Shown here one piece after another: positions 46,642 through 55,471 of a DNA stretch of 64,000 nt. The notes under the pieces were generated by a model. It did not search any database, had not been told where the DNA came from, and worked only from the letters and a program-made list of their open reading frames with translations. The position numbers and the translations under genes are program-made. Source of the stretch: a virus; the IMG/VR virus record IMGVR_UViG_3300042507_006854, positions 1-64,000 of that record, one strand, 5' to 3'. Within the stretch, counting starts at the first letter, position 1. Every line of letters starts with the position of its first letter.

Positions 46642-48555
46642 ATGAGTTGCGTTTTATCACACCCTATTAGTGGTCAAATTTTAGTTTTAGAATCTGGATT
46701 TCCGGCTTTATTATATACTTCTTTAAATAATTTAAATGTTGATTTAAATACAGGTTCAAGAATTACCTTAAAAAGTTATTCTAATTTATATGTATTAGAA
46801 AGTACTGATAGCGCAAATAATGTATATCCAACGGAAATCGGTTTTGTTCAAAATTCTGGACTCCCAAATGGATTAGGTCTTTATAATTATAATACAATTA
46901 CGGGAAAAATAAATGGCACCGGTATTTGGAATGTTGCTACAAGATATATATATCCAAATCGGCCGGAGCCCGTATCAAAAATTTTTACAATCGTATCTAA
47001 AGTCTCAGGGGGTAGTATTAATTCGTATCCTTTACCAAATTTTGAGACGGTATTTACAGGAAATGGCCAACCAGTTTTTCCAATTAATGGGCCTAACGGT
47101 TTAGAAATTCCAACTGAAAATAATGGAAATATAACTTTTACCCCAATTACTCAAGAAATTATAGACTCTCCTTTTGTAGAATCAAGTGGGCCAACTTTAG
47201 AAAATTCTAATATCCCTGAAGTTATTGAAAATCCTGAAACCCCCTGTCCAGAAGCCGAGGAATGCCCACCAGATCAGGGTTTTGGTGGTGGAGGATGGGG
47301 CGGTGTTGAAGGCGGTGAAGGAGGCGGCGGCGGTGGCGGTGGTGGCGGCGGACTTGGTTTTGGAGGCGCGGGTGGAGACCCTATTAACTATATTGCAGTT
47401 AGAGGTTTCAATAATCTTACTACCACGCCCGAAGGAGTTATTACTGGATTTAATAGTTTCTGGGCTGAAACAAGATATGTAGACACAAGAACAAGAACAG
47501 AAAATTATTTCTTAGGTAGGATTGGAAATAGATATGTGCGAGTAGATACTCAAACTGACCGTGGTTTTGATAACTCTCAATTAGGTATTATTAAAGGTAT
47601 TAAATTTTCTCAAGGTATTCTAACTCCTAGTGGAAATGGTTATTTACCTTATGGTATTGAAACAGGTTCTACAACTTATTTTATATTAACTGGATTATTG
47701 CCAAATAATAGTATATCAACTTCTTTAATTCGTAAAGACTTAAATGGTCCTTTTATTGATGTACTTCAAAATGGGACTGGCATTTCATTGGGAAATTTAT
47801 TTCCAACGGGTGTTCCTAGACTTGAAAATGCTTCAAATTTTGAAATACAAATTAATATCGGAATTGAAAATATTACAGCTTTATCTTTGAACTGGCAAGT
47901 TATTGTTGATAATTGGAGATCTATTAATGACGCGGTATTGGGTGGTTCATATTCCTCAATTCCAGGAGATTTACTTTCTTATGATCAGGTTGGGGGTAGT
48001 TACATAGAGCATTTAAATTATACATATGAATTAATTCCATTTACGAGTAATGTTTTTTCACAAACAGGAGTTTCTGATTTCACTGGTATTCAAATAAATG
48101 AACCATGGACTACATGGGGAGAAACTCTAAAATGGACAGAATTAACACCAAAAACTCGTCATTTTTATGGTTTATCTTGGTTGATGAGTAGAGCATGGTT
48201 AAATTCTAGTAACGGGACAGTGAATGAAAATCTTCCAATTAGTGGGGCAAATTTTAATCGGCAGGATACTGGTTTTGAAGATTCTCCGATTATCATGACA
48301 AATGATATAACTTTAGACACGACTTGCCCTCCCGTTTTAAATAGATGTTTAGGGTGTGACCCTACGCGCATTAATTTTACTGGTAGTTTTGAGAATTTTA
48401 ACAATTCGCCGCTAGGAAATGTAAGCGGTGCACAGATGATTGAAGCTTTTGCTAATTGTGTTGGTTTAGTACCTTTTTGGAGAGTAGAACCAGTATCAAC
48501 AACCTCTTCACAATCGTTAACAGATCTCTTAGATTTATTAGAAGAATTAAATTAA
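46642..48555 (+). CDS. Structural protein with Cys/Glu hinge and poly-Gly linker
   Basis: CPEAEECPP followed by a Gly-rich tract; TG-rich. GTGTAA at 46628, 14 nt upstream. Confidence 0.5.
   Translation: MSCVLSHPISGQILVLESGFPALLYTSLNNLNVDLNTGSRITLKSYSNLYVLESTDSANNVYPTEIGFVQNSGLPNGLGLYNYNTITGKINGTGIWNVATRYIYPNRPEPVSKIFTIVSKVSGGSINSYPLPNFETVFTGNGQPVFPINGPNGLEIPTENNGNITFTPITQEIIDSPFVESSGPTLENSNIPEVIENPETPCPEAEECPPDQGFGGGGWGGVEGGEGGGGGGGGGGGLGFGGAGGDPINYIAVRGFNNLTTTPEGVITGFNSFWAETRYVDTRTRTENYFLGRIGNRYVRVDTQTDRGFDNSQLGIIKGIKFSQGILTPSGNGYLPYGIETGSTTYFILTGLLPNNSISTSLIRKDLNGPFIDVLQNGTGISLGNLFPTGVPRLENASNFEIQINIGIENITALSLNWQVIVDNWRSINDAVLGGSYSSIPGDLLSYDQVGGSYIEHLNYTYELIPFTSNVFSQTGVSDFTGIQINEPWTTWGETLKWTELTPKTRHFYGLSWLMSRAWLNSSNGTVNENLPISGANFNRQDTGFEDSPIIMTNDITLDTTCPPVLNRCLGCDPTRINFTGSFENFNNSPLGNVSGAQMIEAFANCVGLVPFWRVEPVSTTSSQSLTDLLDLLEELN
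47278..47376 (+). repeat. GGN-rich low-complexity tract encoding a poly-Gly linker
   Basis: Read directly from the sequence. Confidence 0.8.
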
Positions 48556-48559
48556 TACT

Positions 48560-49645
48560 ATGTTTTATACGGGAAAATCAGTAAATAAAGTTTCTCCTAG
48601 TACGGGCCGTTTAAATTTATTAGCTCAAGAAAGTGGTCGTTTATTTTATAATTTATCCGTAAATTCCGAATTAGGTTATGATATATTTTATTTAAGACGA
48701 GCAAAATTTAATAATAATACTCTTTTTAGGAATATCGAAGAAAGGAGTGGCCCTAATAATAATTTTTCTGGATCTTTATATTTAGATAAAAATGATATAA
48801 TTAGTTTTAATTATATTAAAGATTCCACTAATAGCGTTGGATTAGATGAAACACAAATCAATTCTTTAAATTTTGATTGTAATAATCAAACAAAAGATCT
48901 TAAACCCAAAGTAGCGTTTTTATCTTTTTATGGAAATAGTTCCAGCAGTTCTTCTCAAAACCCTCCATTGATAGTTACTAATTTGATCAGTGAGATGAAT
49001 GATCCTACTTATAAAACATATAATTTTCAAATAGCTATTAATAATTCTTGGCCGATTACAGATACTAATGGCAATGTTACGTTTTTACAGTACCGTTTGC
49101 CAAATTATTATGAATGGGAAGATTATCCAGATAATTTTTATGGTTGGAGTTATAACTCTGGAAATATACAAAATTTAGGACCAAATTATGTACAATCAAG
49201 ATTAATTACCGGAAAAATATTAGTAAGTAATCTTTTGTCTTATTCTAATGATCAAAAAGGTTTTAATTTCATTGATTTTCGTTTAGTTCATTACGATCCT
49301 AATTCTACAGAATTTATTAGTGATTATTATAGATTAAATCTATGTCTTGGGGGAATGTTTTTAGATAATCATTGGCTATGCCCAGAATCTGATACATGTG
49401 CTGATACGAATATTTTAGTTCAGGGTTGTACTGGGTATGTAAGTTGTGGTTCTATAGACACCTCTTCATGTACGGATGGAAATGGGCCTTTTGAACCTAA
49501 CCAAGTTTACCCATTTAGAGAAGTGCCGCCATGTGCGGCTGGCGCAACTTTTGATTATCCATGTTTAACATCTTTTAATTTAAGAACTAAACCTGTTCCT
49601 AATCAATGCCCTGGACGACCTATTGATATATTTGTAATTTGTTAG
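48560..49645 (+). CDS. Structural protein with Ser linker and Cys-rich C-terminus
   Basis: SSSSSS linker and several C-terminal Cys residues. Confidence 0.45.
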   Translation: MFYTGKSVNKVSPSTGRLNLLAQESGRLFYNLSVNSELGYDIFYLRRAKFNNNTLFRNIEERSGPNNNFSGSLYLDKNDIISFNYIKDSTNSVGLDETQINSLNFDCNNQTKDLKPKVAFLSFYGNSSSSSSQNPPLIVTNLISEMNDPTYKTYNFQIAINNSWPITDTNGNVTFLQYRLPNYYEWEDYPDNFYGWSYNSGNIQNLGPNYVQSRLITGKILVSNLLSYSNDQKGFNFIDFRLVHYDPNSTEFISDYYRLNLCLGGMFLDNHWLCPESDTCADTNILVQGCTGYVSCGSIDTSSCTDGNGPFEPNQVYPFREVPPCAAGATFDYPCLTSFNLRTKPVPNQCPGRPIDIFVIC

Positions 49646-49658
49646 TGTAACATATCAT

Positions 49659-50963
49659 ATGAGTTTTAAATTATATTATAAACCCTGGCCAAATGTAGTT
49701 CCTATTATTAATAATGTGGCTTACGATACAACAGAGCTTCGTTCTCCTGTAAAATTAGGAGAATTTAGTTCTGTCGATTCGGCAAAATATTGGGTAACTA
49801 GACATTTAAGATACGGAACTTTGGTTAAATCAACAGAATCTTTAGCTCAAGATACTTTTTTATCTGGTTGGGGTACAAATTCTGGGCCTCAACCTCAGCC
49901 TTTATTAAATTCAACACCTTTTATGTTGACAGGTATAAAAAATATTGCTCTTGGTTCTTTTCATGGTGTTGCTGTTTTATATTCAAACATCGTAACCGGT
50001 TGGGGATCAAATTCAAATGGTCAAATTAATCCTTCTATTTTTAGTGAACTTAAAGGAGAAAGAATAAAAAAAATAGAGGCTGGTGATTCTCACACTTTAT
50101 TTTTATCTATAGATGGAAAAATTACAGGTGTTGGGAGTAACAATGTAACCGCTGGGAATAATCTAACAAATGTTAAAGATATCTCAGTCGGTGCTTATCA
50201 TAGTTTGGCATTATTTGAAAATGGAAATATTACTGGTTGGGGTGGGCCCTCAGCTAGTGAAGCAAAAAATGTTCCCCAATTTTTACAAACAGGAGAGTTA
50301 GGAATATCAATTAGTGCTGGAACAACTCATAGTTTAGCTATTTTAAAAAATGAATTAGTTCCTTTTGAAGATTTTCCAGATTTGAAAGTTTCTACAACAA
50401 GATTAACTGGCTGGGGAGATTACCAAAATTTAAACAATTGGGCTGCAAATCTTTTAACCGGTGAATTTAAAATCGACACTTTTGATTGGGCTGGTTTAAG
50501 AAAAATTAGCGCTGGAACTTGGCATAGTATAGCAGTAATAGAAAAATGGGTTCAAAGAAGCCCTGGTTCAAATTTTTATGATAAAGTTTCTATGGTTACT
50601 GGCTGGGGTAGAAATGACCCCCCAACAAACGGAAACCAAGGTCCTGATGTCAATTTAGCAAATGGTGGGGATAATCTAATGTTTGTAGATAAGATTTTTG
50701 CCGGACCTTATCATAATATTGCTCAATTTTATAATGGGCAATTAACTGGATGGGGGCAAACAAGCGCGTTTAATAACATTAATATGAATGAATATAAAAC
50801 TTCTAATATTAAAGTTAATTATAACTTTAATCTAGTGATTAAAGAAAAAACAAGCACTTTATCTTGGGACAATTCAGAGATATTAAATAACTGGCCTTAT
50901 AATGATTTATATGTATATGAAACAGAACCTGGTGAAGGTGGCGTTGATGCGGTTCCTTGTTAA
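49659..50963 (+). CDS. RCC1-like repeat beta-propeller protein
   Basis: Six blades: IALGSFH, IEAGDSH, ISVGAYH, ISAGTTH, ISAGTWH, IFAGPYH, each followed by xTGxG. GTGTAA at 49645, 14 nt upstream. Confidence 0.85.
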   Translation: MSFKLYYKPWPNVVPIINNVAYDTTELRSPVKLGEFSSVDSAKYWVTRHLRYGTLVKSTESLAQDTFLSGWGTNSGPQPQPLLNSTPFMLTGIKNIALGSFHGVAVLYSNIVTGWGSNSNGQINPSIFSELKGERIKKIEAGDSHTLFLSIDGKITGVGSNNVTAGNNLTNVKDISVGAYHSLALFENGNITGWGGPSASEAKNVPQFLQTGELGISISAGTTHSLAILKNELVPFEDFPDLKVSTTRLTGWGDYQNLNNWAANLLTGEFKIDTFDWAGLRKISAGTWHSIAVIEKWVQRSPGSNFYDKVSMVTGWGRNDPPTNGNQGPDVNLANGGDNLMFVDKIFAGPYHNIAQFYNGQLTGWGQTSAFNNINMNEYKTSNIKVNYNFNLVIKEKTSTLSWDNSEILNNWPYNDLYVYETEPGEGGVDAVPC

Positions 50964-51748
50964 TATTTAATATTATTATTTTTTAATATATTTTCAATTA
51001 AATTTAGATTAACTTGTTTGTCTTTATTTGCCCAAAGATGGACAATACCATTCTTTATTAATTCTGAGGAAATGTCTTCATATTTTGGTGTTTTTATGAT
51101 TAAATTATCTTTATAATTTATTTTTAAATTATTAAAAATTAAGTTTGTAAATAAAATTTGTTCAAAAATTACTGGTAACATCCAACACTTATCTTTTTGA
51201 GGTAATTTTTCATTAATATCTTCTAATAATACTTTATTATTTAAGGCGTAATTTACCAATTCTATTGCTATTTGGTTAATTAATTCAAAATTATTTCCGC
51301 CCACAATCGCACAATTTAATGAAATGGGCTTTGCTATATATGTATTTAAATTTTTATATATATCTACTAAAATTTTAGTATTAAAAAGAAGCCATTCTTC
51401 TCCATGTAAACACAGAAATTCTTTTTTTATTAAATCATCTTTCAATTGTCGTAATAATAAAATATCAAAATCAATATGAATAAAAGGTTCTTTCATTTGG
51501 CTCATTGCTAATAATTTACCTAAACTCCATATTGATTTTGGTATATTTTCTGTAATTTGCTCTTCTAAACAAAAAATATTATTGTATTGAATATTTTCAA
51601 AATACAATCGAGATTTTTTGTCCACAAATAAAATTGTTTCATATCCATGTTTTTGAGCTAAAAAGTTTGAAACTGCTGCCATTTTTAAAATTTTTGAATG
51701 ATTTTTCTCTTTTAAGCTAAAATCAACATAACTAAAAATAACTTTCAT
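50960..51748 (-). CDS. Putative GT-A-like transferase (DUF6734-like)
   Basis: WSLGKL, EPFIHIDFDILL (DxD), LNCAIVGG, FEQ, HLW motifs. Confidence 0.6.
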   Translation of the reverse strand: MKVIFSYVDFSLKEKNHSKILKMAAVSNFLAQKHGYETILFVDKKSRLYFENIQYNNIFCLEEQITENIPKSIWSLGKLLAMSQMKEPFIHIDFDILLLRQLKDDLIKKEFLCLHGEEWLLFNTKILVDIYKNLNTYIAKPISLNCAIVGGNNFELINQIAIELVNYALNNKVLLEDINEKLPQKDKCWMLPVIFEQILFTNLIFNNLKINYKDNLIIKTPKYEDISSELIKNGIVHLWANKDKQVNLNLIENILKNNNIKY

Positions 51749-51804
51749 CTATTTTAATATATACAGATTTAAATGTTAATTCCAGTATATTTATTAATAA
51801 ATAA

Positions 51805-51831
51805 GTGTAAATATTTGATACAGGTAAAAGG
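51805..51831 (+). promoter_or_regulatory. GTGTAA element plus AGGTAAAAGG leader
   Basis: Both recurrent motifs, upstream of the ATG at 51838. Confidence 0.6.
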
Positions 51832-51837
51832 CTTGCA

Positions 51838-54800
51838 ATGAATTACGATAATCTACAAAAATACATAGAAAATCTTTATTTTAATACTCCAGAAACAATT
51901 CATGGGATCTCTTTAGGATATAAAATAAAAGATGGTGTTACAACAGATAAGCTATGTATAAGCTTTTTCGTTCCTAAAAAACTTGAAGCAAAAGACCTCG
52001 AAAATCAATACGTTATTCCAAAATCTATTGTTATTGACGGAACTGAATATTTAACAGACGTTGTTGAGACAAAAATGCCAATAGCAATTGGTTGTTTTAA
52101 TTGGCAAGCGTCTCCACTTCCTTCAGCAATAGTTCCTCACCGCTCTAGACAAAGGCCATTAAAAGGTGGCATTGTTATCTCAAATTATACAGATTTATAT
52201 AATCCTTTAAAAAATTCTATTGTAAAAGGGACTTTAGGGTTAATTTGTGTTGATAAAGATACGGATTCATTTGTTGGGTTAACCAATGCTCACGTAATTA
52301 TTAAAGACCCGTTTATTCCTTCAAATCAAGATGTAAAAGGTTTTTTAAGTAATATTTTGCCAGATAAAAAAATTGTTCAATATACCGAACCAAATATTAA
52401 TACCACAAATGATAATATAGGTAATATTAGAAAATTTTATCCTTTATCTAAAGATGCCTCGAATTATATCGATGCAGCTTTAATTTCTATTAAAGAATTT
52501 GTTGGTAATACATCAACACCTATTTTAAGTCAAACTGAATCCTGGAGACAGTTAGGTTTAAACTATAACAATCCGATGGAATTTGCTTCCACGCAAGAAA
52601 TTGATAGTTTATTAAATACGCCAAGAGAAATTTATTCAGCCGGAAGAACTACTGGACCAAAAGGATCTAACTGTCCTTTGCAAATAACAAATTTACTAAG
52701 TTCTTATAGTATAATATACGAAGAACAAGGAACTCGTGTTTCTGTTCCTTTTTCTAATTGTATTACATTTAAATATCAAGACAATTCTTTATGGTCAACA
52801 GCTCCTGGAGATAGCGGATCTGTTTTAATAGCAAATTTTAACGGCGCCTGGAAAATTATTGGTTTAGTTTTTGCTGGAGATGAGGGCGGAAGTTTCGGCG
52901 TTGCCTGTCGTATCGACACAGTCGCAAATAGATTAAATATTGAACCTTGGCTTAATGGGAATAAGAACTATATTCAAAATTATAAAACAGTATTAAAAAC
53001 TTTTGATGAGGGCGTATCCTTAATGAGTAATAATAATTCTAATTTATGGAATGTTACTCAAACAATTAGCGGAGATAAATATTGGTATGCTGGTTTAGTT
53101 GCAGACTCAAGTAGCTCATCTTCTGGACCTGCAACTTGGGATATTCAAATTCAAATGACTCAACCTAGTCAAAAGTTTTTTATAGATATCAGGGGTGGGA
53201 CGAATCCTAATTTTACTATTGACTGGGGTAATGGTTCTATTCAAACATATAATTCATTAGGTACAAAAGACTCAACGTATCCATTAACTGGCAATTATAT
53301 AGTCAAAATAAATGGTAGTTTTTCTGATAACGGAAATATTGCTATTAATAGTAATAGTTCACCAAATCTTGGAACACCAGTCTCCGCAGCAGTCAAATCA
53401 ACTTCTATAATGCCTTTTATTTCAGGTTTAAAATCTGTTAATGGGCTATTTTTCCAATCTACGAGTTTAACTTCTCTTCCAACTGGATTCTTTGATTTTA
53501 ATCCTCAAATTACTGATTTTTCTTCGGCTTTTTCGTTTTGTTCGTCTTTAAATTCTATACCATCCGGATTATTTAAAAATAATACGAATGCTATAAACTT
53601 TGGTAGTTCAGACACTTATGGTACTTTTAGAAGTACAGCTTTTACAAATGTTCCAAGTAATCTTTTTTATAATAATACGCTAGCTACTAGTTTTGTCGAT
53701 TGTTTTAATGACGTACCTTTAACAACAACTTCATATAGTAATTTATTGATAAACTTGGCATCAAATGCTGCTCAGCGTCCAAATAATGTAGTATTTGACG
53801 CTCGTAGCTCTCGTTATAATTGCAATGCTCAAGCGGCCAAACAGGTGTTGTTAGCGAAAAATTGGTCTGTTAATGATTTAGGGCTAGAAGGTACTTGTAC
53901 TTCTTCCTCGTCCTCGTCTTCTTCCTCGTCCTCGTCTTCTTCTAACAATCCTAATTTAAATACATCCTGTCTTCCATGTTGCCCAAGTTTTACTGGATCT
54001 TGGGCTGGAGGTATCAATGGACTAGGTATACTAAGAAATTGTACTTCGGAACTTTATGTGTGTCCGACTGGATGCTCAATAAAAAATCTTAATACTAATT
54101 TTACTACTACTGCTGGAGATCCAAATCTAATATTTATAAGCACTCTTGACGGGTCGGCGTATAAAAGAGCTTATATTCAGGGAATTGATAGCGGAGCTTC
54201 TTTCACGAATTATACTAATGTTCATAATACTCTTGTTTTATGGGATGGAGAACAAGATGGTACTACTTTCCAAGATGGCGACACAGTAAGATTTAGCGGT
54301 ACGCTTGGATCTCTTGATAATAGAATTATTAAAGGAATTGATTATAAAGTAGCCGTTATTCCCGAGAAATGTGCGCCGCCTTCTAATTATTTAAATAGTC
54401 AAGCTTTAGCAATTCAATGTGAATATAATCCTATTACGGACCCCTCTTGTTTTGATATATGTTCTGGCGGCTTAATTAATTATACAGTTGAAGCTCTTTA
54501 TTTACATACTTATGACCCAGGCAAATTCCCAGAATCGATATCAATATGTAGTGGAACAGAAGTAACCGGAACTAATAGTATTAGAATATTGACACCATAT
54601 TCTCCATCAAATTTTATACCACAAAATGCTCCAGATTTTTCAGGTATTGCTATTTTACCAAGCCTACAAGGATCACCAATAAATGTCGAGATTCAAACAA
54701 TTTTAAAACCAGGGGGAGCGCCTTTAATCGATATATCTAATGATAATATTAATTTTGGGCAAAATACAACTATTACAATTCCAGCAAATCAGTTAAGTGG

Positions 54801-55452
54801 ATTATTCGCTATTAGAATTACTGGGGCATTACCTCCTGACAATCCTAACCTTCCAGGTTTTAACGAGCCAGCAGAAATATTTTTACAGGCGAGTGTTCCT
54901 GGTAGTCCACTTTACAATCCTTCCTTAACTTTATTAACAATACATCCAGGAGAAAGTGGTACGGGAAATGGGGCTCCTTGTGGCGGACCAGGACACGTTT
55001 GTAATAGAGCTTTATTTGACATTATAATTGGAACAGGTCTTGATCCAGTAACTTCTGGGGTTGTCGGGGTTACTGTACTAAATGCTAATTTAAATAATAA
55101 TGGCGGCCCAACAGATCCAGGTCCTGGTCCGGCACCATATAATGGTCAATATGATAGATATAGCTCTGGAATTATTACAGAGCAAATGGCTCAACAAATT
55201 TTTGGCGCTTCATATAATGACGGTTTAGATAAATCTTATTTTGTAGAAATTAGAACTGGCGTGGGAAATACTAATCCTCACAATGGTATTACGAATGTAA
55301 GAATTAGAGATTGCTCTGGCGCTTTAGTTTATAATTGTTGTTTATCTATCGGTGGTGGTTCAACTGTCCCTCCTCCATTACCAACGCCTTCTACGACTTC
55401 ATCGGCAGCTTTTGACGAAATTCTATCCTCTTTAATAGATGATGTGATATAA
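51838..55452 (+). CDS. Multidomain protein: trypsin-like serine protease, PKD-like, BspA-type LRR, Cys-rich and GHxCNR domains
   Basis: Catalytic triad motifs LTNAHV, IDAALI and PGDSGS; IDWGNG; LTSLPTGFF/LNSIPSGLF/FTNVPSNLF repeats; two poly-Ser linkers. Confidence 0.75.
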   Translation: MNYDNLQKYIENLYFNTPETIHGISLGYKIKDGVTTDKLCISFFVPKKLEAKDLENQYVIPKSIVIDGTEYLTDVVETKMPIAIGCFNWQASPLPSAIVPHRSRQRPLKGGIVISNYTDLYNPLKNSIVKGTLGLICVDKDTDSFVGLTNAHVIIKDPFIPSNQDVKGFLSNILPDKKIVQYTEPNINTTNDNIGNIRKFYPLSKDASNYIDAALISIKEFVGNTSTPILSQTESWRQLGLNYNNPMEFASTQEIDSLLNTPREIYSAGRTTGPKGSNCPLQITNLLSSYSIIYEEQGTRVSVPFSNCITFKYQDNSLWSTAPGDSGSVLIANFNGAWKIIGLVFAGDEGGSFGVACRIDTVANRLNIEPWLNGNKNYIQNYKTVLKTFDEGVSLMSNNNSNLWNVTQTISGDKYWYAGLVADSSSSSSGPATWDIQIQMTQPSQKFFIDIRGGTNPNFTIDWGNGSIQTYNSLGTKDSTYPLTGNYIVKINGSFSDNGNIAINSNSSPNLGTPVSAAVKSTSIMPFISGLKSVNGLFFQSTSLTSLPTGFFDFNPQITDFSSAFSFCSSLNSIPSGLFKNNTNAINFGSSDTYGTFRSTAFTNVPSNLFYNNTLATSFVDCFNDVPLTTTSYSNLLINLASNAAQRPNNVVFDARSSRYNCNAQAAKQVLLAKNWSVNDLGLEGTCTSSSSSSSSSSSSSSNNPNLNTSCLPCCPSFTGSWAGGINGLGILRNCTSELYVCPTGCSIKNLNTNFTTTAGDPNLIFISTLDGSAYKRAYIQGIDSGASFTNYTNVHNTLVLWDGEQDGTTFQDGDTVRFSGTLGSLDNRIIKGIDYKVAVIPEKCAPPSNYLNSQALAIQCEYNPITDPSCFDICSGGLINYTVEALYLHTYDPGKFPESISICSGTEVTGTNSIRILTPYSPSNFIPQNAPDFSGIAILPSLQGSPINVEIQTILKPGGAPLIDISNDNINFGQNTTITIPANQLSGLFAIRITGALPPDNPNLPGFNEPAEIFLQASVPGSPLYNPSLTLLTIHPGESGTGNGAPCGGPGHVCNRALFDIIIGTGLDPVTSGVVGVTVLNANLNNNGGPTDPGPGPAPYNGQYDRYSSGIITEQMAQQIFGASYNDGLDKSYFVEIRTGVGNTNPHNGITNVRIRDCSGALVYNCCLSIGGGSTVPPPLPTPSTTSSAAFDEILSSLIDDVI
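53902..53943 (+). repeat. Poly-Ser (14) from a duplicated 18-bp unit TCTTCCTCGTCCTCGTCT
   Basis: Read directly from the sequence. Confidence 0.85.
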
Positions 55453-55471
55453 TAATTTTAGGTACAAGGAT

